Source of the DNA: an uncultured Candidatus Saccharibacteria bacterium
GTDB taxonomy: Bacteria > Patescibacteriota > Doudnabacteria > UBA920
Reading direction: 5' to 3'
Assembly: GCA_964612745.1 (NCBI GenBank)
Contig: CAZTCH010000007.1
Location: 1,327 to 65,326 of the forward strand
DNA length: 64,000 nucleotides
The notes under the pieces are model-generated. The model was not told the DNA's origin. It saw only the letters and a program-made list of their open reading frames with translations, and searched no databases. A program made the translations under genes and the position numbers. Positions within the stretch are counted from its first letter, which is position 1, and each line of letters starts with the position of its first letter. Below are positions 10,507 through 18,483 of the stretch, piece by piece.

Positions 10507-10533
10507 AAAACACCCCCTGAGGGGTGTTTTTTT
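10507..10533. terminator. Bidirectional Rho-independent terminator (aaaacaccccctgaggggtgttttttt)
   Basis: A GC hairpin flanked by A- and T-runs, sitting between convergent genes. Confidence 0.7.
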
Positions 10534-11281
10534 ATTCCGGCAAAGAATTCCACATAATATCTAACATTTGTTTGTGCATTTGAACAATACTAGGATTTTC
10601 TATAATTATAGTCACTAGAGGCTGTACAAGTTGCTGGATAATAACTTTTTTTGGTATTAGCAGCATATTTGTTAAGAGCTCCGCGCCTGGTGGTAAAATT
10701 TTGACTTGGCAATTATATTGTTGTTGCAGTCGCTTAAACTCTTGTCCAATCGGGGTATCTTGTAAAATAAGCCGAACATCTAGATTGTATTTTCTTCTAC
10801 GCTTACGGTAATCAGCAAAATATTCTTCATCTAGCCCATACCAAATTTCTTCATTCGCAAATACATAGTAATAATCTTTAGGTCGTACATCCTCTAATAC
10901 ACTTTCATACGCAGTACGCATACCAACGATACCTTCGTAATATTTTATTACACTCTCCCCACCCTTTAAACTATAGAGTGCTTCTAACTCTGGTAAAGCA
11001 CTTTTTAATTTAAAACGTTTGCTCTCCAAAACCGTCTCCAAGCGGCTAGGACTCTCTGCAGCGAATAACCGCTTAAAACCTTTGGGCTCAATACGCACTA
11101 AACCTTTAGTCATGAGAGTATTAACCACAGAATAGACTGTGGTTCTTTTTATAAGTGCTGCATCTGCTATATCCATTACAGTAGACGGACCTAGGGATAA
11201 ACTAGCTAAATACACCTTGGATTCATGATCGCTTAAGCCAAGGTCAGTTAACAATTCAGAGAGTTTTTCTATATTTTTCAT
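10532..11281 (-). CDS. TrmB-family HTH transcriptional regulator
   Basis: The N-terminal LSDHESKVYLASLSLGPSTVMDIA is a TrmB-type wHTH. 249 aa. A paralog lies at 42730..43536. Confidence 0.65.
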   Translation of the reverse strand: MKNIEKLSELLTDLGLSDHESKVYLASLSLGPSTVMDIADAALIKRTTVYSVVNTLMTKGLVRIEPKGFKRLFAAESPSRLETVLESKRFKLKSALPELEALYSLKGGESVIKYYEGIVGMRTAYESVLEDVRPKDYYYVFANEEIWYGLDEEYFADYRKRRRKYNLDVRLILQDTPIGQEFKRLQQQYNCQVKILPPGAELLTNMLLIPKKVIIQQLVQPLVTIIIENPSIVQMHKQMLDIMWNSLPE

Positions 11282-11285
11282 ATTT

Positions 11286-11359
11286 TGTCGATTTATTCGA
11301 CATCATAATTGCAAATCTATGCATTAACATTTTAACATATTTTCATTATATTGTCGACA
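11286..11359. promoter_or_regulatory. Divergent promoter region with two palindromic operator-like sites, TGTCGA-N5-TCGACA (11286-11302) and TGTCGACA (11352-11359)
   Basis: Perfect palindromes seen in the AT-rich 184-bp gap between the TrmB-like gene and the secreted-protein gene. There is an RBS aggagg at 11455-11460. Confidence 0.45.
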
Positions 11360-11465
11360 TAAATGACATATTAAAATTATTGTGCAATAATTATTACATA
11401 AAAGCAAATATCCAAACTATCTAATCAAAAAACTTAGGCAACACTTCCAATCTCTAGGAGGAGAT

Positions 11466-12116
11466 ATGAAAAGCTTCACAATGTTATTATTGGCCTTGAC
11501 CACCATTTCAGTCGCCAGTGCTCAAACTTCGGTTAATGTTATTGCCAGAACAGCACTCGATTCCAATGGAAATGTGGTAAAAAATTTCACTGAAATCTCT
11601 TTCGAAAAAGGTCGTTGGACCCCTTTCGACATTGTGATTATTGGCAAACCAGATGGTCGCACCAGTGAAATAGCAATTGGTGGTGGATTAAAAATATCCA
11701 CAAATAAACACTTCACATGGTCTAGTGAGTTATTACTAGTAAAGGACTTGGGGGAGAAAACTCAAAAAGGTTTTTACTTGCAACCATTCCATTATTTTAG
11801 TGGGCACCTTAACCATGAACTCCGCTGGCAGATAGTAACCATTCCCTATCTCGCTTTAAGTAGTCGAAGCAAATTTCAATTTACGCTGGAGCGCGCACGA
11901 TTACTTAAAGATACGAGAGTTGGAACAGTAGGAATAGGTACCGGCGGGTTTAAATCAGGAAAAAGCAAATTCCAGACCCGCCCACTAGTCAGTTTTCAAC
12001 CAAAGGGTTGGCCAGTAGACTTTTGGTATCAAGTTTACTTACCAACAACTCAATCACCACACACAAGGCATACATTTCAAGTCCGATTCTCTTTTAAAAA
12101 GAAATTGGTCGGATAA
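11466..12116 (+). CDS. Secreted hypothetical protein (signal peptide, beta-rich)
   Basis: Signal peptide MKSFTMLLLALTTISVASA, a good RBS and 216 aa. It lies divergent from a TrmB regulator, as does the paralogous arrangement at 43783. Confidence 0.55.
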   Translation: MKSFTMLLLALTTISVASAQTSVNVIARTALDSNGNVVKNFTEISFEKGRWTPFDIVIIGKPDGRTSEIAIGGGLKISTNKHFTWSSELLLVKDLGEKTQKGFYLQPFHYFSGHLNHELRWQIVTIPYLALSSRSKFQFTLERARLLKDTRVGTVGIGTGGFKSGKSKFQTRPLVSFQPKGWPVDFWYQVYLPTTQSPHTRHTFQVRFSFKKKLVG

Positions 12117-12171
12117 CCCAACAACCCAGCCGCGAACAAATTGCACTCGTTCGCGGCTCCTTTCTCAAAAA

Positions 12172-12882
12172 GTGTTTCATATGAAGATATATTCAGAACA
12201 AGCAAAAAAATATTTAACACTAACCCAAAATGACCCTATCAAAGAGTTTAGCCAAAGACCAACGATTTTATCTTTACTCGGCAACCTAGGTAAAAATGTG
12301 TTGGATATTGGTTGTGGGAATGGTATTCTTGACCAATTACTGATTAATAATGGATACTGTGTGGTTGGCTTTGACAACTCTAAAGAGCAAATCATCCTAG
12401 CAAAGCAAAATTGTCCGAAAGGTAGACTCTTCATGGCTGATCAAAACTCTTTTTCCTGCGAAAAAAAGTTTGATTGCGTAATAGCCGTATTGGTGTTAAT
12501 GCACTCAAAAAACAATAAAGAGTTATTGCATTTTTTCCAATGCGCTAAAGATAACTTAAAACCTAGTGGGAAGTTTGTTGGAATGGTTTATAACGAAAAC
12601 TTTAACCATTTCAATTCTCCATATTACGGACGCATATGGAGAAAACTACCTAACCAAAAAATCGAAGTTAGCTTTCTAAACCCTAACAACAAATTACTAA
12701 CAAAAACCACCGCCAGAAACATTGGCCACACTGAATATGGCGCCACCGCAAATGCTGTGGGTTTTAATAAACTCACATGGCATCCTCTGGTAATTACTAA
12801 GGAAGGATTAAATACACTCGGTGATGATTACTGGAGCGAGTATAAACAAGACTGTCCTTACACTTGTTTTATCGCCTCATAA
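12172..12882 (+). CDS. Class I SAM-dependent methyltransferase
   Basis: Motif I VLDIGCGNG. An alternative start lies at 12181 (MKIYSEQ). A terminator follows. Confidence 0.75.
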   Translation: MFHMKIYSEQAKKYLTLTQNDPIKEFSQRPTILSLLGNLGKNVLDIGCGNGILDQLLINNGYCVVGFDNSKEQIILAKQNCPKGRLFMADQNSFSCEKKFDCVIAVLVLMHSKNNKELLHFFQCAKDNLKPSGKFVGMVYNENFNHFNSPYYGRIWRKLPNQKIEVSFLNPNNKLLTKTTARNIGHTEYGATANAVGFNKLTWHPLVITKEGLNTLGDDYWSEYKQDCPYTCFIAS

Positions 12883-12895
12883 CAACCAAAACAAA

Positions 12896-12929
12896 GCAGT
12901 TACTCGGCATACCGAGTAACTGCTTTTAA
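12896..12929 (+). terminator. Rho-independent terminator (gcagttactcgg-cat-accgagtaactgc plus a T-run)
   Basis: A 12-bp perfect stem followed by ttttaaaa. Confidence 0.7.
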
Positions 12930-12970
12930 AATGTTTGAAATTTGTTAATTGTTATTTGAACTTTACAATC

Positions 12971-14059
12971 TTATTGTTTATAAGCTTCTTCTGTAGAGGG
13001 GGTCAGAGTGACGTGCTGTGCGGGCATTTCAAGCGGATGGGTGGTTGTGATAAACGTCTGGAACTTGCCTTGTAAATATTTAAGCAAGAATGTTCGACGT
13101 TGGTCGTCTAGTTCTGAGAGTACATCGTCGAGTAACAATATCGGTTTGTCTTCCCCTTTGCTCAAATATTCAAGCTCTAATACTTTCATAGCTAAAATTT
13201 GGCTGCGCAACTCACCACGGGAAGAAAATGGAGACAAGAACAATCCATCACTCTTCAGGTTAAAATCGTCCCTATGTGGGCCAACGACACTCGAAGCGGT
13301 AGCAATTTCCCTATTCGCTTGTTCGTGCAATCCTTTGCGTAAAGATTCTTCTACTTCCTCTACTGTTGCACCAGCCAATGTTTCGTATTCAACTTCCACA
13401 GGGCGATGAAACCCAGATATAGAGCTGTAAATCTCGGCAATGTGTTGATTGAGAAAACTTATAAACCGCTTTCTGTGCATGATAATTGGCACACCCAGAC
13501 GAACAATTTGCTCGTTCCACGCAACCAACTCTTCCCTACTTGCAGCACCGGCTCTGATTTGCTGGAGTACTCTATTTTTTTGGCTTAACACCTTCTTGTA
13601 GTTTGCAACATCTTCTAAGTACTGCTGGTCTTTTTGGCTTAGTACCATATTCAGATACCGGCGGCGCCCATCTGGAGAACCTGTAAACAACATAACGTCC
13701 GCTGGTTCAAATATAACTACATTCAAAAAACCTTGTACTTCCCGCCTGCGCTTTACTACACCATCGAGCTTGAAGTTCGCATATATCCGCTCTCTTTGTT
13801 CTAGAAAAATCTCTATAGTGTGACTCTGGCCTCGTTTTTCCACAACAACCCGCACCTCTGCCGTGGACGTATCCCGCATAAAAATAAATTCGGAATCGTC
13901 TCGGAATGATTTAAACAAGGATGCAAAATACACTGATTCGAGAAGGTTAGTCTTCCCCACTGCGTTAGGACCCGAGAGAACCACGAGGTCACTCGTAATG
14001 TCTAATTCGAGTTCAGGGTAATTTCTGAAATTCTTTATGGAAATCTGTTTTACTTTCAT
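12971..14059 (-). CDS. recF: DNA replication and repair protein RecF
   Basis: MKVKQISIKNFRNYPELELD...LSGPNAVGKTNLLESV (Walker A). 362 aa. Confidence 0.9.
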   Translation of the reverse strand: MKVKQISIKNFRNYPELELDITSDLVVLSGPNAVGKTNLLESVYFASLFKSFRDDSEFIFMRDTSTAEVRVVVEKRGQSHTIEIFLEQRERIYANFKLDGVVKRRREVQGFLNVVIFEPADVMLFTGSPDGRRRYLNMVLSQKDQQYLEDVANYKKVLSQKNRVLQQIRAGAASREELVAWNEQIVRLGVPIIMHRKRFISFLNQHIAEIYSSISGFHRPVEVEYETLAGATVEEVEESLRKGLHEQANREIATASSVVGPHRDDFNLKSDGLFLSPFSSRGELRSQILAMKVLELEYLSKGEDKPILLLDDVLSELDDQRRTFLLKYLQGKFQTFITTTHPLEMPAQHVTLTPSTEEAYKQ

Positions 14060-14206
14060 AAGGTAGAGATTAGAGAATAGAGGGTAGAGAGTAGAGATAA
14101 AAGAGAAGAGTTAGTCGCCTCTTCGGCGACCCGCCGAAGAGGCGGGAAGAAATAGTAAGAAAGTATTAAATAAATCACAATCCGAATTATAGTACTACAG
14201 CATAGA

Positions 14207-15313
14207 TTATGTTTTAATTGGCATTACGAGATAGCGGTACTGTTTGTCGTCTGGATCTTCAAAGACCACTGCACTTGTAGGGCTATTTAGCTTAACTCGG
14301 ACACTTCCGGAAGTCAAAAACTGCAGGACGTCTAACAAATACCGAGGGTTAAACAAAGCTGTTCCAGATCCCCCAATAATTTTTGCTTCTACATCTACCG
14401 CCCCCTCCCCCGCGTCTTGCGATTGAGCAGCAAAAAGGATATTTTGGTCATCTTCATCATATCGGAATGAAACCCCCACGGCTCCTTTAGAGAACACGGA
14501 GACGGCGCGCAAAGCTGCCATACACTCCTGTTTCCCAGCTTCTATGGTAATTGAAAAATCTTTCGGAATAATGGCCTCATACTCTGGAAATTGACCATCT
14601 ACCAACCGTGTCGACACGGTTGTGTTGCCAATCGTGAAAACTGCTTGGTTTTCCGCTACTCCAAATACTACATCTGCCCCTTCGTTTGCGTGCAGCAAGC
14701 GGACAACTTCAGAAACGGCGCGAGTTGGAAAAATCACAGAAATAGTAGGTGTTACCACCCCAGCCCCCGTAACCACAGTATACTCCGACAATCGGTAACG
14801 ATCTGTAGCAGCTACGACTAATTCTTGCCCCCTACCCAGTACCGAAACTCCGCAAAGCTCTGACTGGGTTTCGTTGGTCGAGACCGAGAATAAAACACCA
14901 TCTAAAGCTTTAGAAAGCGCTGCTGCGGGCATGGAAACTACTTCTGCCGGTAGAGTGTCTGCTATCCGTGGAAAGTCTTCTGCAGGTACTGTTTTAAGCG
15001 TTGTACGAAATTTTCCAGCAGATAACCGCAACCCACCATCCACCACCTCCAGAGTGACCGGTTCTGCGGGGAGACTTGAAACAACCTCATTCAGAAGCTT
15101 CGCAGGAAGACAGACGGAGCCCTCTTCTTCCACCTTACAACGAACAAGTTCGGAAATACCTATTTCCAAATTCGTACTAGATATCTTTAGCATTCCATTT
15201 TGAGTCTTCAAAAGAACACTTCCTAAGATTGCTAATGTACTACTACTGGATACGGCTCTACTACATATTCCAAGAGCATTTTTTAGATTTTCTTGTACTA
15301 TTATTATTTTCAT
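14207..15313 (-). CDS. dnaN: DNA polymerase III beta sliding clamp
   Basis: The ATG at 15313 gives MKIIIVQENLKNALGICSRAVSS..., of DnaN clamp length and pattern. The 11 codons upstream in the ORF track are unlikely to be translated. Confidence 0.9.
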   Translation of the reverse strand: MKIIIVQENLKNALGICSRAVSSSSTLAILGSVLLKTQNGMLKISSTNLEIGISELVRCKVEEEGSVCLPAKLLNEVVSSLPAEPVTLEVVDGGLRLSAGKFRTTLKTVPAEDFPRIADTLPAEVVSMPAAALSKALDGVLFSVSTNETQSELCGVSVLGRGQELVVAATDRYRLSEYTVVTGAGVVTPTISVIFPTRAVSEVVRLLHANEGADVVFGVAENQAVFTIGNTTVSTRLVDGQFPEYEAIIPKDFSITIEAGKQECMAALRAVSVFSKGAVGVSFRYDEDDQNILFAAQSQDAGEGAVDVEAKIIGGSGTALFNPRYLLDVLQFLTSGSVRVKLNSPTSAVVFEDPDDKQYRYLVMPIKT

Positions 15314-15359
15314 TGGATATATAAATAAAATACTTAGTAATAACAATAAGAACGGTGGA

Positions 15360-15530
15360 AAAGTGGATAGCGTTTACAGGGTGTCTTTCTTTTCCAATAA
15401 ACATTGGTATTAAACGGCGATCGGTCGGATAAAAAATCTGTAGATAACTTGGGAGTAAGCAAGCTTGAGTGATGGGGATAAGTAGTTATGTAATCCACAG
15501 ATGGGCATGTGGGTGTAACTTATCCACTTT
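15360..15530. promoter_or_regulatory. Candidate oriC segment: a cluster of DnaA-box-like 9-mers in the dnaA-dnaN intergenic region
   Basis: TAATCCACA (15491-15499) and TTATCCACT (15520-15528) are near-consensus boxes. There are also GTGGATAG, TGGGGATAA and TGTAGATAA variants. The region is AT-rich. Confidence 0.5.
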
Positions 15531-15598
15531 TCGAGTGATTTCATGCACAACTTATAGCTGCCTTTTCCCTCCCCTTCTCCACAAGTTATACAGAGTGT

Positions 15599-16975
15599 TT
15601 ATGAGGCATAGAGTTTATCGGTGATTAAGTCGATTTCTTGTTTAAACCCTTCTTTATCCTTTATCATTGTGTGTACTTTTTCTACGGCGTGCATAACTGT
15701 GGTGTGGTCTCGTCCTCCGAAGAACTCCCCAATGCTTGGGAATGAGCTGGTTAGCTCTTGCCTGGCCAAAAACATAGCGATTTGCCTTGGTTTTACAAAT
15801 TCCTGGCGCCGTGACTGCTTTATGAGATCTTCACCGGTTACGTTGTAGAACTCCGCAACCAAAGCGACGATTTTCTTAACGGTTATCCCCTTTTTCTTGT
15901 TATTCATCATGCCTTGGAGCATGCTTTGCGCTTGTTCTAGGGTAACTGTTCTGTTTTCTAACTCTTGAAACACAAGGAGTCTATTTAATGCCCCTTCGAG
16001 TTCGCGGACGTTGTTTTGGATATTTTCTGCTATGTAGTAGACAATATCTTCGTCTATGGTTGCGCCTCTTTTGGTTAATTTTGTGCGGAGAATTGCCATT
16101 CTCGTTTCTAAATCAGGGGCTTGAATGTCGGCAACCATCCCCCATTCAAACCGAGAGACTAACCGCTGTTCAATAGATGGGATATCTTTTGGCAGGCGGT
16201 CGGCGGTGATGATTATTTGCTTGCCTTTGTCGCGAAGTTCATTAAAAGTATGGAAAAACTCTTCTTGAGTCCCCTCTTTTCCGGCAATAAACTGGATATC
16301 GTCAATAAGGAGCATGTCTACAGTGCGATAATGCTGCTTAAATTCATCCATTTTCTTAGTAGAAATGGCGTTAATGTAGTCGTTGGTGAATTTTTCACTG
16401 GTTAAGTAGAGTACTTTTGCGCGTTGGTTTTCACTTAACAGTTTATTGGCCACTGCGTGCATTAAGTGGGTTTTTCCAAGTCCTACTCCACCATATATAA
16501 ACAGTGGATTGTACTGAGTGCCTGGGTTTTTTGCCACTGCGAGGCTGGCTGCGTGTGCAAGTTCGTTATTTTTCCCAATAATAAAGTTATCGAATATGTA
16601 TTTTTGGTTAATATTCGACTGATTTTGAATTGTTTGCTGGATTGCGTTGTTTTGTGGGGTATTTTGTGGTGTTTGTTGCGAGTTTTGCTCTGTTTGCTGT
16701 GTGGTTTCTATTTGCACTTGAGGGCGTTGCATTTGCCCAACTTGGTACTTTATTGTTTTTATTTCTGGCGCTATCCCCTTGAGCGCTTTGAGCATCTCGG
16801 CGTTGTACTTACTAGAAATCCAATCTTTGTGGTAGGTGCTTGGTACGGAAACGGTTATAACATCTTCAGTTTTCTCTGAAATGTGAGTATTCTTGAGCCA
16901 TGTATTAAAATTCGCCTTAGAAAGAGATACTTCTAAGTGTCCAAGGATTGCCTGCCAGATTTGGTCGTTGTTCAT
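15599..16975 (-). CDS. dnaA: Chromosomal replication initiator DnaA
   Basis: AAA+ motifs GGVGLGKTHLMHA and LLIDDIQF. The C-terminal domain IV reads DHTTVMHAVEKV. 458 aa. Confidence 0.95.
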   Translation of the reverse strand: MNNDQIWQAILGHLEVSLSKANFNTWLKNTHISEKTEDVITVSVPSTYHKDWISSKYNAEMLKALKGIAPEIKTIKYQVGQMQRPQVQIETTQQTEQNSQQTPQNTPQNNAIQQTIQNQSNINQKYIFDNFIIGKNNELAHAASLAVAKNPGTQYNPLFIYGGVGLGKTHLMHAVANKLLSENQRAKVLYLTSEKFTNDYINAISTKKMDEFKQHYRTVDMLLIDDIQFIAGKEGTQEEFFHTFNELRDKGKQIIITADRLPKDIPSIEQRLVSRFEWGMVADIQAPDLETRMAILRTKLTKRGATIDEDIVYYIAENIQNNVRELEGALNRLLVFQELENRTVTLEQAQSMLQGMMNNKKKGITVKKIVALVAEFYNVTGEDLIKQSRRQEFVKPRQIAMFLARQELTSSFPSIGEFFGGRDHTTVMHAVEKVHTMIKDKEGFKQEIDLITDKLYAS

Positions 16976-17247
16976 TTCGGTTCGAGGTTTTAGAAATTTA
17001 AGTACAGAGCTAGGTAATTTTTATGTATTTCTAGTAAGTTTAGTGTACTTAAACTTAAAGATACTTCATTCTAACAAGGTAGTTATCAACATGCTATACC
17101 CATACGATTCCGCATATATAAGCGAATAATGTTTTAATTTGTTGATTAGCTGTGGATATCCTGTGTTTTCTGTGGATATAATTTGTGGGTTACATAGAAA
17201 AACCCACCAATTTTTGGTGGGTTTTGTTAGTTTTTATACGGTATATT
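16976..17247. promoter_or_regulatory. AT-rich dnaA upstream region with two TGTGGATAT DnaA-box-like sites (17151-17159 and 17171-17179); a second oriC-half candidate
   Basis: Two 8/9 matches to TGTGGATAA lie 20 bp apart in a roughly 270-bp AT-rich, non-coding stretch. Confidence 0.45.
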
Positions 17248-18483
17248 TTATGCTTCTGGGTTTGGTTGGTTTTCCTCTGTTGGAGGTGTTGGATTTTCTG
17301 TTGGTGTTGGCTCTGGCGCTGGCGGGGATTGCGAAACTATTTGCGTTGTTGCGCTTACATTTTGGAAACCACCCATGAGCATGACGCGTACCATTCCATT
17401 TGCATTTGGTACAAGGTCCAGTGAAACACCAATAAGTTGTCCTGTTACTGTGGCTTCCAGTTTTTGTGCTTTTCCAGCAATAGCGGAAGCGGTTAGTTTG
17501 TCGCCGAGTGCGATTGTGCCTGTGACTGCAACTTGTTTGTAGGTACCGGTTATTACAACACTCAGGAATTCTCCTGGTTTAACAACGGTTGGGTCGCTGC
17601 TGGAAATACTTGGATCGATGTTGAAGTCGGACAAGTTTTTGTCTGCAATACCTACAAGTACTACATTGTCACCAGAAACTGCTGGTGCAACGGTGATTGT
17701 GGGTTGTTCACCAAGTGTTGGTACGTCTACAGCGCCGGTGAGCATGAGCACATCTCCTTGGTGGATATCTTGTGTACTCGTGTTTTTTGCAATAATTGCT
17801 GTGGAACCAAGGATGCGTCCAAGTACAACCAAATCTTTTTTCACTAAGATGGTTCCTTGTGCAGTAATTGTCCCTGTGTGGGCAATAGAGAGTAGGGAAG
17901 TGTCGTTGTTTTTTATTTCAAACACATTTCCTGTGCTTGCAGAGGCAGACAGAAGGAAGGTGCCTTCGTTCGTGAGGAGTAATCTGTCCGTACTTTCTTT
18001 TTGTACTTGCAGAATAGAACCGCTACCTTTTTGGTTAATAACCAATGTGCCTACTTGTTCTGGGGGTGTAGGATTGTTTGTGTTTGCGAGCTGTTCGCCA
18101 TCTTCAAGTACAAAGGTGTTGTTTATGAACTGATACCCAGGTTTTATGTAGATAACAACAGTTTGCTTTGCAGGGTTGCTGCCGTCAAAGCTTTCTATTG
18201 CTTGACCAATAACTTGCCCGCTTCGGGTTGCTTTCATTGCATATCCTGCGGTTGTTGCAGAAGAGGTAATGTAGTCACCAGGAACTATTGGCCCATTTTC
18301 CATAGTGACTTTTACTGGAACGCGTCCGACAAGGGCGACCGCTGGGCGCATTGGGTTGTTGGTTGCGCTGGCAGTACCACCAGCAAGGAAGTTGGTGCCA
18401 TCGAGCAATGCTCCAGGGTTGGTAGAAACAACACCGAGTAAGCTCTTTTGGTAGCCTTTACTAGATTTTTCTACTTTCTCCAC
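17248..18483 (-). CDS. Thr/Gly-rich hypothetical protein (GTG start, no signal peptide); possibly a displaced C-terminal module of the upstream giant protein
   Basis: 411 aa with a Pro/Thr-rich tail PPAPEPTPTENPTPPTEENQPNPEA. Its GTG start overlaps the giant ORF's stop by 23 nt in another frame. Confidence 0.55.
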   Translation of the reverse strand: MEKVEKSSKGYQKSLLGVVSTNPGALLDGTNFLAGGTASATNNPMRPAVALVGRVPVKVTMENGPIVPGDYITSSATTAGYAMKATRSGQVIGQAIESFDGSNPAKQTVVIYIKPGYQFINNTFVLEDGEQLANTNNPTPPEQVGTLVINQKGSGSILQVQKESTDRLLLTNEGTFLLSASASTGNVFEIKNNDTSLLSIAHTGTITAQGTILVKKDLVVLGRILGSTAIIAKNTSTQDIHQGDVLMLTGAVDVPTLGEQPTITVAPAVSGDNVVLVGIADKNLSDFNIDPSISSSDPTVVKPGEFLSVVITGTYKQVAVTGTIALGDKLTASAIAGKAQKLEATVTGQLIGVSLDLVPNANGMVRVMLMGGFQNVSATTQIVSQSPPAPEPTPTENPTPPTEENQPNPEA

